Shown here piece by piece: positions 1 to 9,171 of a stretch of 63,452 nt of DNA. The DNA lies in the NCBI GenBank assembly GCA_027081275.1, contig JALWKV010000071.1, forward strand, positions 1 through 63,452, given 5' to 3'. Position 1 is the first letter of the stretch. Every line of letters starts with the position of its first letter. Both the position numbers and the translations under genes were made by a program. The stretch comes from Gammaproteobacteria bacterium (GTDB lineage Bacteria > Pseudomonadota > Gammaproteobacteria > UWMA-0217). The notes under the pieces were generated by a model. It had not been told where the DNA came from. It worked only from the letters and a program-made list of their open reading frames with translations, and searched no databases.

Positions 1-424
1 CGACGGCAGTTCGATTCCTGCGGCGTTTCAGCTTGGTAAGGCGTGATGGGCGACGCGACCAACAGAGGAGTAAAGATGGTGGCCAGGGACAGAAAAAACT
101 GTCGGGAACAGGTTTTCGTGAGCGCAGTGAGCCCGAAGGGTGAGGCTCAAGGATGAGCCGAACAATCGAAGTGCCGACGGCAGTTCGATTCCTGCGGCGT
201 TTCAGCTTGGTAAGGCGTGATGGGCGACGCGACCAACAGAGGAGTAAAGATGGTGGCCAGGGACAGAAAAAACTGTCGGGAACAGGTTTTCGTGAGCGCA
301 GCGAGCCCGAAGGGTGAGGCTCAAGGATGAGCCGAACAATCGAAATGCCGACGGCAGTTCGATTCCTGCGGCTTTCGAACTTGTGGAGGAGTTTTGGCCG
401 GAGTGCCAAACGGAAGGTAAAGAA
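1..424. repeat. tRNA-Phe-linked tandem repeat, 174-bp period, truncated by window start
   Basis: CGACGGCAGTTCGATTCCTGCGGC starts at 1, 175 and 349; tRNA 3'-end copy TGGTGGCCAGGGACAGAA starts at 77, 251 and 425 (the tRNA itself). Units 1 and 2 differ at 2 positions (128/302, 171/345). Confidence 0.95.
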
Positions 425-500
425 TGGTGGCCAGGGACAGAATCGAACTGCCGACACGGGGATTTTCAGTCCCCTGCTCTACCGACTGAGCTACCTGGCC
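425..500 (-). tRNA. tRNA-Phe(GAA)
   Basis: Reverse complement GGCCAGGTAGCTCAGTCGGTAGAGCAGGGGACTGAAAATCCCCGTGTCGGCAGTTCGATTCTGTCCCTGGCCACCA: 76 nt, cloverleaf, GAA anticodon, TTCGA T-loop, encoded CCA. Confidence 0.98.
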
Positions 501-575
501 GCCGAAAAGAGGCGCTATTAAAGCGATATTGCCGCGCCGCGTCAACCCTGGGAGGGCGACGTGGCGCCGCCGGCG

Positions 576-845
576 CTATTCGCTCGGCGGGGTCCAGTTG
601 TCCACCTTGGAGCCTTCGCCGAAGAAGAACTTTTCCATCTCTTCTTCGAGGAACTTCCGCGCCTTGGGGTCGATCGGGCTCAGGCGGTATTCGTTGATGA
701 GCATGGTCTGGTGGCGGACCCAGTCCTGCCATGCTTCCTTGGAGACGTTGTCGAAGATGCGCTTGCCCAGTTCCCCGGGGTAGGTGGGGCGATCTAGCCC
801 TTCGGCCTCTTTCTTCAGTAGTACACAGTTAACCATGCGTGTCAT
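576..845 (-). CDS. yggX: Fe(II)-trafficking / oxidative damage protection protein YggX
   Basis: [36 protein letters not shown] motif; directly downstream of mutY (conserved synteny). Confidence 0.95.
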   Translation of the reverse strand: MTRMVNCVLLKKEAEGLDRPTYPGELGKRIFDNVSKEAWQDWVRHQTMLINEYRLSPIDPKARKFLEEEMEKFFFGEGSKVDNWTPPSE

Positions 846-1918
846 TGCTCTGCTCCTGTGGTACCGGCGATGACGCGGTACTGTTCTATCAGTTTGACCA
901 CCGGAGCGGGAAAGCCGCCCGGCGCGGGGTGGGCCGTGTTATACCAGAGCAGGTTGTCAGGCGCCATTTCCTGTATGCGACCAGCGTTTTCGGCGACATC
1001 GACCAGCAGCGGCGCGACGGTGAGGCGAAAGTGGGTGAACTGGTGGTCGAAGGCGGGCCACGCCTCCACCGCCTGCATCGCGAGGCCGAAGCGCTCGCCA
1101 AGCCACCGCTCCAGATCGGCCTCTTCTTCCGCCTCCGGCAGACTCCACAGGCCGCCCCAAAGACCGCTGGCGGGCCGCTTCTGCAGCAGCAGCTCGGCGG
1201 CGGCGTTGCGCAACAGCAACATGCGCAGGCTGCGATGGGGCTTCCGCGTTTTTGGCTTGCGGTGGGGCCACGCGACCGGATCGCCGCTGCGGTACGCGGC
1301 GCAGTCACTGCCGACGGGGCAGCGATCGCAGGCGGGCCGACTACGGGTGCAGACCGTGGCGCCGAGGTCCATCATCGCCTGGGTGTAGTCGGCGACGCGC
1401 TCGGTCGGCGTGTGCGCCTCGGCCAGCGTCCAGAGCCGGTCGGCGACGGCGGCCTTGCCCGGCCAGCCGTCGATGGCGTGATATCGCGCCAGTACGCGCT
1501 TGACGTTGCCGTCGAGGATCACGGCGAAGTGGCCGCAGGCCAGCGCGCGAATGGCGCCGGCGGTGGAACGACCGATGCCCGGCAGCGCCTCCAGCGCCCG
1601 CTGCTCGCAGGGGACGACGCCACCGTGCTCGGCCATGACGATGCCGGCAGCCTTGTGGAGATTGCGCGCCCGGGCGTAGTAGCCGAGCCCGCTCCAGAGA
1701 TCGAGCACGCTGTCGAGCGGCGCGTCGGCCAGCGCCGCCACGTCGGGGTAGCGCGCCATGAAGCGCTCGTAGTAAGGAATGACGGTGGCGACCTGCGTCT
1801 GCTGCAGCATGATCTCCGAAACCCAGACGCGGTAGGGCGTCGGCTGTTGCTGCCACGGCAGGTGCTTACGCCCGTGCCGGTCGAACCAGTCGAGTACGGC
1901 GCTGGCGAACTCGTCCAC
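842..1918 (-). CDS. mutY: A/G-specific adenine glycosylase MutY
   Basis: [24 protein letters not shown], Hh[13 protein letters not shown], 4Fe-4[19 protein letters not shown]-terminal NUDIX-like GLWGGLW. Confidence 0.97.
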   Translation of the reverse strand: MDEFASAVLDWFDRHGRKHLPWQQQPTPYRVWVSEIMLQQTQVATVIPYYERFMARYPDVAALADAPLDSVLDLWSGLGYYARARNLHKAAGIVMAEHGGVVPCEQRALEALPGIGRSTAGAIRALACGHFAVILDGNVKRVLARYHAIDGWPGKAAVADRLWTLAEAHTPTERVADYTQAMMDLGATVCTRSRPACDRCPVGSDCAAYRSGDPVAWPHRKPKTRKPHRSLRMLLLRNAAAELLLQKRPASGLWGGLWSLPEAEEEADLERWLGERFGLAMQAVEAWPAFDHQFTHFRLTVAPLLVDVAENAGRIQEMAPDNLLWYNTAHPAPGGFPAPVVKLIEQYRVIAGTTGAEQ

Positions 1919-1920
1919 GC

Positions 1921-4137
1921 CTAGTTGAAGAGCCCCTTGAGCTTGTTCTGCAGTTGCTCCTCGAGCTTCTGCTTCAGTTCCTCTTCCTTCGCCTTGAGCT
2001 TTTCCTGCGCGCGCGCCTTTTCGGCATCGGCCTTCGCCTTCAGCCTGGCTTTCTCCTCTTCGGCGCGAGCACGCAGTTCGGCCTCCTTCTTCGCCTGTTC
2101 CGCATCGAGCTTCTTCTTCAGCTCCGCCTTTTTCTTGTCCAGCTCGACCTTCGCGCGCGCCTTGGCCATCGCATCGGCCTTGAGCTTGATGGAGAGATCG
2201 GAGAACGGGCCGGTGATGCGAATCGGCAGGTAGTTGTAATCCTTTTCCGGCGCGTCGGCTGTGGCGAGCCGCAGCGTGTAGTCGATCTTCATGGCCGGCA
2301 GATCGACCGTGCCGCTGCCGTGGACGCGGAAGATCGGCGTGACGATCTTCAGGTCGTCGCTGCTGATGACGCCCTGCCGGATCACGCCGCTGAGCTCCAT
2401 CAGAGAGAATTTGGTGTCTTCGGTGATCTCCTCTGTCAGCGGCGGCTTGCCCTGGAACTTGCGCACGACGTTCTGCGCCTCGTGGATCTTGCGCGACAGC
2501 TTCGAACCCTTGATCGTGCCGTCGGTGAACTTCGCCGCGAACTTGCCGCCGAGCTGACGAATCAGCCCCGAGACGGTATTGCCCGCGGTCCGCACGCTGG
2601 CGTTGAAATTGGCCGTACCGGAGATGTAGCGATCACCGAACAGCGTCTCCAGAATGCCCTCGGAGCGCACGCCGGCGAGATCGACCTTGCTGCTGTATTT
2701 CGGCGTCTTGCCGGTCACGTCGAGGGCCGCGTCGATGCGGGCATGTCCCTGGTAGAGATCGGCCGACAGCGGGGCGATGGCGAGCTTGCCACCCTTGGCG
2801 CTGATCGTGACCGAGGCATCTTCGAACAGCAGCTTGCTGGCGGTCAGCTTCTTCACCGTGGCCGTGCCCTGCAGGTCGAGCGAGCGCAGCGTGTCGATCG
2901 GCAGGGCGATCACGTCACTGGCGCCGGCCTCGGCCTTGCCGGCCTGCACGTCGGCGGCGCTGGCCTTGCCCACCGGCGGCAGATAGCGATCGACGTCGAT
3001 CTGGTCGAGCAGCAACTTGAAGCGCAGCGCCATGCGGCTGAAGTCGACGACGCTCACCTCGCCCTGCAGCGTCGAGTCGTCGAGCGTCGCCTCCAGATCG
3101 GTCAGAGCGAAACGGCCTGTGTCGCCATTGAAGCGGAAGCCGAGCGTCGATTTGCCAAGCACGGCGGGATCGCTCGTCGCTGGCGGCGCGATGTCGAGCT
3201 TCGTCAGCAGCACCTTCGGACTGAACTCGTTGCTGCGAAGTTCGCCGCTGTAGGTTGGCGCATCGAGCAGCTTGCGCACGTGGACATTGCCGTCGAGGGT
3301 CAGGTCGAGCGTCTCCAGCGTCAGCGGGTCGATGTCCAGCGTCTGCCCCTTGAGGTCGGCCTTCAGATCGAGGCGGCTCGTCGCGGTGATCGAGCCGCCC
3401 GGAATCGACTTGCCGCTCACCGTCTTGGTCAGCTCGAGGTCGTCGAAGCGATAGCGGCCATGTTCGAGGTCGGCCGTCAGCTTGCCATTGAGCTGGAGCC
3501 GCGCCGTCATGCCGTCGAGCTGCGCCGTCAGGTCCGCCTCCACCGGCACCGGCCGATTGAGCGCCAGCACGCCGGTTCGCAGGTTGAACGGATCAATCCG
3601 CACCGCCGTGCCGCTCTGGCGGTCGGTATAGCTCAGCTTCGCGTTCGCCACCTCCAGCCCCGCGATGCGGATATCGACATCGGGCACGCCGCCGGCTTTG
3701 CTCGCCGGCTGCTGCTCGGCGGGCCGCGCCTCGGCCTTGCCGCCGAGGTCGCTCCAGTTGTCCTTGCCGCTGGCAAGCTTCTCCAGATTGACGGTCACGC
3801 CCTTGAGCAGGATCTTCTTCGTTTCGATGCGCTTCTTCAGCAGCGGCGTCAGCGCGACGTGGATCTGCGCCTGTTCGATGCCGGCGAACACCGGCGTGGA
3901 GAAGCCGGGCGGGTTGGCCAGCGTGGTGCGCCCCAGATCGAGCCCGAGCCACGGGAACAGCGACCACTCGATGTCGCCGGCGATGGTCAGATCACGGCCG
4001 GTCGCCTTCTTCACCTGCGCGGCGATCTGCGGCTTGTAGTCGTTCGGGTCCAGCGTCGCCACCAGCCAGGCGACCGAGCCGGCGGCGACGACCACCAGCA
4101 GCAGAATGCCGAGCAACAGCCATTTGAGGAATTTCAT
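1921..4137 (-). CDS. asmA: AsmA family protein
   Basis: N-terminal TM anchor, then DPNDYKPQI..ATGRDLTIAGDIEWSLFPWLG; beta-rich body; K/E-rich tail ending LKGLFN; upstream of mutY. Confidence 0.9.
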   Translation of the reverse strand: MKFLKWLLLGILLLVVVAAGSVAWLVATLDPNDYKPQIAAQVKKATGRDLTIAGDIEWSLFPWLGLDLGRTTLANPPGFSTPVFAGIEQAQIHVALTPLLKKRIETKKILLKGVTVNLEKLASGKDNWSDLGGKAEARPAEQQPASKAGGVPDVDIRIAGLEVANAKLSYTDRQSGTAVRIDPFNLRTGVLALNRPVPVEADLTAQLDGMTARLQLNGKLTADLEHGRYRFDDLELTKTVSGKSIPGGSITATSRLDLKADLKGQTLDIDPLTLETLDLTLDGNVHVRKLLDAPTYSGELRSNEFSPKVLLTKLDIAPPATSDPAVLGKSTLGFRFNGDTGRFALTDLEATLDDSTLQGEVSVVDFSRMALRFKLLLDQIDVDRYLPPVGKASAADVQAGKAEAGASDVIALPIDTLRSLDLQGTATVKKLTASKLLFEDASVTISAKGGKLAIAPLSADLYQGHARIDAALDVTGKTPKYSSKVDLAGVRSEGILETLFGDRYISGTANFNASVRTAGNTVSGLIRQLGGKFAAKFTDGTIKGSKLSRKIHEAQNVVRKFQGKPPLTEEITEDTKFSLMELSGVIRQGVISSDDLKIVTPIFRVHGSGTVDLPAMKIDYTLRLATADAPEKDYNYLPIRITGPFSDLSIKLKADAMAKARAKVELDKKKAELKKKLDAEQAKKEAELRARAEEEKARLKAKADAEKARAQEKLKAKEEELKQKLEEQLQNKLKGLFN

Positions 4138-4170
4138 CGATGCTTCCCTGTTCCTTTCGTCAGTTGTTCG

Positions 4171-4656
4171 TTACACGTCGGCGTCGCGATTCCAGACGCC
4201 GCTCTTACCGCCCGACTTGTGGACAAGCCGGATGTCACCGAGCGTCATGCCGCGATCGACCGCCTTGCACATGTCGTAGATCGTCATCAGCCCCATCTGC
4301 ACGGCGACCATCGCCTCCATCTCGACGCCGGTCTTGCCCCAGGTCTCGGTGCGGGCGACGCAGTGGACGCGGCTCGACTCCGGCTCCAGCGTGAAATCGA
4401 CGTCCACATGGGTCAGGCCGATGGGATGGCACAGCGGGATCAGATCGCCGGTCTTCTTCGACCCCATGATGGCGGCGACGCGGGCAATGCCGAGCACGTC
4501 GCCCTTCTTGTGGCCGCCGCTGGCGATCATCTCCAGCGTTTCCGGCTGCATCGCGATCCAGCCCTCGGCGACGGCGACGCGGTGGGTCTCGGCCTTGGCG
4601 CCGACATCGACCATGTGGACATTGCCCTGCTGGTTGAAATGGGTAAATTCACTCAT
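4171..4656 (-). CDS. moaC: cyclic pyranopterin monophosphate synthase MoaC
   Basis: [40 protein letters not shown] motifs. Confidence 0.97.
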   Translation of the reverse strand: MSEFTHFNQQGNVHMVDVGAKAETHRVAVAEGWIAMQPETLEMIASGGHKKGDVLGIARVAAIMGSKKTGDLIPLCHPIGLTHVDVDFTLEPESSRVHCVARTETWGKTGVEMEAMVAVQMGLMTIYDMCKAVDRGMTLGDIRLVHKSGGKSGVWNRDADV

Positions 4657-4696
4657 GTCATTGACGCGGAGCCGTCGCCCGCTCTATAAAAACAGA

Positions 4697-4927
4697 ATGA
4701 TTACCATACGATACTTCGCCAGTCTGCGCGAACAGCTCGGCAAGGAGCAGGAACGGATCGAACCGGCCGGCGCCATGACCGCGCTCGACGCCTGGAAAAG
4801 CGCCAACGACGGCAGGATGCCGCCCGACAATGTGCTGGTCGCGATCAACCAGTCCTACGCCTCGCTCGACGCCGCCGTGAACGCCGGCGACGAGGTCGCC
4901 TTCTTCCCCCCCGTCACCGGCGGATGA
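4697..4927 (+). CDS. moaD: molybdopterin synthase sulfur carrier subunit MoaD
   Basis: ATG at 4697 (MITIRYFASLRE); ends DEVAFFPPVTGG (di-Gly). Confidence 0.95.
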   Translation: MITIRYFASLREQLGKEQERIEPAGAMTALDAWKSANDGRMPPDNVLVAINQSYASLDAAVNAGDEVAFFPPVTGG

Positions 4928-4937
4928 GCCGATTGCG

Positions 4938-5381
4938 ATGAAAAACGTCATTATCAGGGAGAGCGCCTACGATCCGTGGCTGCTGCTGGGCAAGTTCCAG
5001 CACGCCCGTTTCGGCGATTCGGCCGAGTACGGCGCCACTGCCGTCTTCACCGGAACGATGCGCGATTTCAACGAGGGGGATACGGTCAGGGCGATGACGC
5101 TGGAGCATTATCCGGGCATGACCGAAGCGCAGCTGCAGCGGCTGATCGACGAGGCGAAATCACGCTGGGAGGTGATCGACTGCTTCATCGCCCACCGCGT
5201 CGGACAGATCAATCCGGCGGAGACGATCGTCATCACCGCCGCCTGGTCGGCGCATCGCAACGCCGCCTTCGAAGCCTGCCGCTATCTCATCGAGGAGCTG
5301 AAGCACAGCGCGCCGTTCTGGAAGAAGGAACGGCTCGCCGACGACAGCGAACGGTGGGTGACGCAGAACACCGCCGGGTAG
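4938..5381 (+). CDS. moaE: molybdopterin synthase catalytic subunit MoaE
   Basis: LEHYPGMT, HRVG, SAHR..AFEAC, LKHSAPFWKKE; follows moaD. Confidence 0.96.
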   Translation: MKNVIIRESAYDPWLLLGKFQHARFGDSAEYGATAVFTGTMRDFNEGDTVRAMTLEHYPGMTEAQLQRLIDEAKSRWEVIDCFIAHRVGQINPAETIVITAAWSAHRNAAFEACRYLIEELKHSAPFWKKERLADDSERWVTQNTAG

Positions 5382-5393
5382 CGGCGGCACGCG

Positions 5394-6629
5394 CTATTTC
5401 CCGCCCAGCCGCTGCTCGAAAATGTCGCCAAGCCGAGCGACATTCTTCGCCAGATTGTAGTGCTCGACGACGCGTTTGCGGCCGTTCTCGCCGAGGCGGC
5501 AGCGCAGCTCGGTATCGTCCATCACCCTCGCCAGCGCATCGGCCAGCTCCTCGACCGAGGACGGCGCCACCAGCAGACCATCCTCGCCATCGCGGATCAG
5601 CTCCGGAATGCCGGTGATGCGGGTCGTCACGCAGGGAATCTCCATCGCCATCGACTCCATCAGCACCACCGGGATGCCCTCGGCGAAGCTCGGCATCGAG
5701 AAGATGTGGGCGCGGGAGTAGAGATCGCGGATGCGATCCTGATTGACGGCGCCTTCGAAGATGATGTCGCGCTTGCGATCGAGCCGGTGGACATGACGCT
5801 CCAGCGAGGCGCGGTCGGGCCCGTCGCCGACGATGCGCAGCCGCAGCTTGCGGCCCTGCCGCAGCAGCCGGTCGATGGCGTCGACGAGAATGTGCTGCCC
5901 CTTCGCCGGGCATAGCCGGCCGACGCAGATGATCTCGAAGACCTCCGGACTCTCCTCGAACGGGCGCGGCATGAAGACATCGGGATCGACCCCGAGGCGG
6001 GAGACTTCCAGCTTGCTCCAGTGCTCATACTCGGAGAGCTTCATCAGCTGGCTGCGGGCGAAGTTGCTGATGCAGACGATGAAATCGGCGCTTTCGACCT
6101 TGCGGGTCAGGTACTGGCCAGGCGCGTCGTAGAACTCGTCCGGGCCGTGGACGGTGACGGAGAAGCCGAAGCCGAAGACCTCCTTGACGTACATCGCCAC
6201 GGTCGCGGCCTGGGCGCCGAGATGGGCATGGAGATGGCGCTGCCCCTTCTCCCGCATCCAGACGCCGACCATCAGCGCCTCGGTGAAATACATCAGGTTG
6301 TAGAAGAGGTCGCGCAGATCGAGCTTGCCCAGCTCGCCGATCAGGCGCAGCCCGCGGAGATAGCCGGCGGCATTGCCGCGCAGCGTCCGCCAGTGCGCCG
6401 ACAACGCGCCCTTCGCCCCCTGCGGCTTGACGTACCAGGTGAGCGCCGACTCGTTGGCCTCCACCTGCGTCAGCCCCTCGGTGCCGCGGTCGGCGGCGTT
6501 GATCGAGGCGACGTCGATGTGGAAACCGCGCTCGCGCAACTGCACCACCTCGCGGATGATGAAGATCATCGACAGCATCGGGTACTGGCTGACGAGGTAG
6601 GCTAACGAAGGTGGCTTGGTGCTGGACAT
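5394..6629 (-). CDS. GT4 glycosyltransferase (WcaL-like)
   Basis: Likely start MSSTKPP at 6629; ICVGRL..KGQ, EGIPVVLMESMA, GIPELI GT-B motifs. Confidence 0.9.
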   Translation of the reverse strand: MSSTKPPSLAYLVSQYPMLSMIFIIREVVQLRERGFHIDVASINAADRGTEGLTQVEANESALTWYVKPQGAKGALSAHWRTLRGNAAGYLRGLRLIGELGKLDLRDLFYNLMYFTEALMVGVWMREKGQRHLHAHLGAQAATVAMYVKEVFGFGFSVTVHGPDEFYDAPGQYLTRKVESADFIVCISNFARSQLMKLSEYEHWSKLEVSRLGVDPDVFMPRPFEESPEVFEIICVGRLCPAKGQHILVDAIDRLLRQGRKLRLRIVGDGPDRASLERHVHRLDRKRDIIFEGAVNQDRIRDLYSRAHIFSMPSFAEGIPVVLMESMAMEIPCVTTRITGIPELIRDGEDGLLVAPSSVEELADALARVMDDTELRCRLGENGRKRVVEHYNLAKNVARLGDIFEQRLGGK

Positions 6630-6653
6630 GAAGTTCCCTCTATTGCATTCAGA

Positions 6654-6685
6654 TGCCGGTTCCGCTGCGCTCGAACCGAGCCTAC
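6654..6685 (-). repeat. GTAG-type REP-like palindrome
   Basis: Reverse complement GTAGGCTCGGTTCGAGCGCAGCGGAACCGGCA; closely related to 44839-44872. Confidence 0.65.
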
Positions 6686-6764
6686 GGCGACTGGACGGTT
6701 CTGCCCTCATCGACGATACGCCGCGGCGCTCCGGCCCGCTTCCCTGCGTTGGCGCCTGTCGCGC

Positions 6765-6836
6765 AAGCCCTCGCCCCATTGGGGAGGGAGTCGTAGAAGC
6801 CCTCGCCCCACGGGGGAGAGGGTATGGGAGAGGGGG
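6765..6836. repeat. tandem CCCTCGCCCC/GGGGAG(A)GGG palindromes
   Basis: AAGCCCTCGCCCCA at 6765 and 6797, each followed by a complementary G-rich arm. Confidence 0.6.
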
Positions 6837-6876
6837 ATCAATCGCTCTCGCGATACCTTCCACTACCGGCGCCGCG

Positions 6877-7977
6877 CTACTCCTGTGGGTAGCGCATCCC
6901 CCAGCTGGCACGCATTTCATCCATCGTCTCCATGATCGCCAGCGTGTCGTCGAGAGGCATGATGCTACTTTCCGTCTCGCCGCGTTGCAGGCACTGGGTC
7001 ACTTCTTCGATCTCGAACTGATAGCCACTGCCGGGAAAGGGATGACTGATGGCCCGGGCACCACGGAGACGATCGAGCAATGGCGTCGCCATGCGCTGCA
7101 GCCGGTTGACCAGCGCGCTCTCCTTCAGCTTCTGCTTGAGGCCTCCGCTGTCACCCAGCGATTCGACCGGCGCGCAGGGCTCGTCGAAATGCTTCACCGA
7201 AACGCGGCTGGGACGGTAGAAAGGGTCGTGGATGCGAATCTGCCCCTTGGTACCCATGATGACGGCCTCGTTCGTGCCCCAGGTGACGAGCGTCGACGAG
7301 AGATCGGCGATCGCGCCATTGGGATACTCAAGCAGACAGGCCGACTGGTGATCGACGCCGGTGGGGCCGATCGTGGCGCTGGACTTGAGGTTTTCGTGAT
7401 CGCCAAGCAAGAAACGCGCCAGCGACAACGTGTAGATACCCCGATCCATCAGGCTGCCGCCACCGCGAGCGAGATTGAAGAAGCGGTTCTCCGGGTCGTA
7501 CCAGGTGGGGTAGCCGAAATCGGCCTTCACCATCTGCACGTGGCCGATCTCGCCGCCGTCGACCAGCTCGCGCACCTTGCGCACCAGCGGGATGAAGCGC
7601 ATCCACATCGCCTCCATGCAGAACAGCCGCCTCTCGCGCGCGGCGGAGACCACCTCCAGCGCCTGCGCCGCATTGAGCGTGAACGGCTTCTCGCACAACA
7701 CTGCCTTGCCGGCATCGAAGCATTTCAGGCAGTCATCGCGATGGCGATCATGCGGCGTCGCGATATAGACGACATCGATACTGTCATCGGCCAGCAGCTC
7801 GTCATAACTGCCATAGGCCCTGGGGATGCCGAAACGGCTGGCGAAGGCCTGCGCGGTCTCGAGACTGCGGGAACCGACCGCGGCGAGTTCCGCGTCGGGC
7901 ACCAGCGCAAAGCTGCGCGCCACGTCCCGCGCCACCGTTCCGGTACCGAGTATGCCCCAGCGAATCCTGTTGCTCAT
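6877..7977 (-). CDS. Gfo/Idh/MocA family oxidoreductase
   Basis: WGILGTG Rossmann motif, DVVYIATP, VLCEKP, MEAMW. Confidence 0.93.
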   Translation of the reverse strand: MSNRIRWGILGTGTVARDVARSFALVPDAELAAVGSRSLETAQAFASRFGIPRAYGSYDELLADDSIDVVYIATPHDRHRDDCLKCFDAGKAVLCEKPFTLNAAQALEVVSAARERRLFCMEAMWMRFIPLVRKVRELVDGGEIGHVQMVKADFGYPTWYDPENRFFNLARGGGSLMDRGIYTLSLARFLLGDHENLKSSATIGPTGVDHQSACLLEYPNGAIADLSSTLVTWGTNEAVIMGTKGQIRIHDPFYRPSRVSVKHFDEPCAPVESLGDSGGLKQKLKESALVNRLQRMATPLLDRLRGARAISHPFPGSGYQFEIEEVTQCLQRGETESSIMPLDDTLAIMETMDEMRASWGMRYPQE

Positions 7978-7987
7978 GCCATTGCCC

Positions 7988-9115
7988 TCATCTTGCCCAG
8001 TCCATCGGCTCCACAGGGTCGAAAGTCGTGGTCATATGATAGGTCGCGCCCTGTTCGCGGGCATAGTGTATGGCCAAAGCCATCTCATTGGTATGCAATG
8101 AAAAACGGGGCGAGAGACGGCTCGGCCGGTTCTCCCGCACGGCGGCGGCCACCTCGGCCGGGCCGCGGGCGAAATCCATCTGCTGCGAGCCCTTGCCCGG
8201 CACCTTGCCGACATCCGACTTGAGCAGCCGATGGCGCGTCTTGATCGGATTGAGGAAGGTCTTGCGGCGAATCCGCATCATCTTGCGGCTGTAGACGGGG
8301 GAGTAGTAGTGCCAGCTGTCGTCGGTATAGAGCACGCCCTTGTCGCCGACGATCTTGAGCTGGTGGTCGTGCGGCGCGAGGATGCTGCAGGTCAGCCGCG
8401 CCACCACGCCCGACTCGAACTGGATGCAGGCGACGGAAAAGTCCGGCGACTCCATGTTCAGCTCGACGCCCGGCATCTTGTCCGGCACCTGCACCGAGGC
8501 GAATGAGGTGACGCTCGTCGCCGGGCCGAACCACGCCGCCAGCCAGGTCAGATAGTAGCCGGCATGCTCCAGCGTGCAGCCGATCTCGAACTCGTCCTTG
8601 GCCGGCCAGGGGATGCCGGAGTCGCTGACCCACTTTTCGTAGGGCATCAGATGAACCATGCCGTCGTCCATCTCCGCATAGACGACCCGTACCTTGCCGA
8701 CCACCTCCTCGCGCAGCGCCTTCCACAGCGTCTGCGCCGTCTCCCCCAGCAGGCTGCAAGGCGCCGACGCGGCCTGCAGCCCCTTGCTCTCGGCCAGCTC
8801 GACCAGCTCGGTCGCCTCCGCCATGTTCATGCCGAAGGGCTTTTCCGAATAGACGTGCTTGCCGGCCTCGAGCGCCGCCTTGGAGATTTTGTAATGGTCG
8901 CGCGGATTGGTGAGATTGAGCACCATCTCCACCTTCGGGTCGTCCAACAACTGCTGCAACGTCTCGTAGCGCGGCACCTTGTGGACCTCGGACAGCAGGC
9001 GGGCGCGATCGGGCTGGCGGTCCATGATACCGGTCAGCTTCAGCTCCGGGTGCAGCGGCAGGGTGGCGAGATAATAGTCGGCAACGAAGCCACAACCTAC
9101 GATCGCGATATTCAT
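7988..9115 (-). CDS. Gfo/Idh/MocA family oxidoreductase
   Basis: IAIVGCG, NLTNP..H, GKHVYSEKP. Confidence 0.9.
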   Translation of the reverse strand: MNIAIVGCGFVADYYLATLPLHPELKLTGIMDRQPDRARLLSEVHKVPRYETLQQLLDDPKVEMVLNLTNPRDHYKISKAALEAGKHVYSEKPFGMNMAEATELVELAESKGLQAASAPCSLLGETAQTLWKALREEVVGKVRVVYAEMDDGMVHLMPYEKWVSDSGIPWPAKDEFEIGCTLEHAGYYLTWLAAWFGPATSVTSFASVQVPDKMPGVELNMESPDFSVACIQFESGVVARLTCSILAPHDHQLKIVGDKGVLYTDDSWHYYSPVYSRKMMRIRRKTFLNPIKTRHRLLKSDVGKVPGKGSQQMDFARGPAEVAAAVRENRPSRLSPRFSLHTNEMALAIHYAREQGATYHMTTTFDPVEPMDWAR

Positions 9116-9171
9116 TTGCTGTCAATCCTTTGAGATCGGGTCGGGAAGGGGCGATCGCCGCCGGGTCCGGC

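Noticed and set aside
1-424. CRISPR array
   Set aside because: The period is 174 bp with a ~122-bp constant part derived from tRNA, two variable segments are identical, and there are no cas genes.
314-697. ORFs over the tRNA (314-697, 321-545, 327-521)
   Set aside because: They are translations of the tRNA and repeat sequence.
1954-4689. Long antisense ORFs (911 aa here; also 6616-8223, 9617-11227, 12649-14142, 26345-28297, 54734-56581)
   Set aside because: Shadow frames opposite well-supported genes, expected in high-GC DNA.
6630-6920. N-terminal extensions of GT4 (also DUF4124 to 22541 and engB to 30181)
   Set aside because: They run through intergenic palindromes, a terminator or the MITE; better starts exist downstream.
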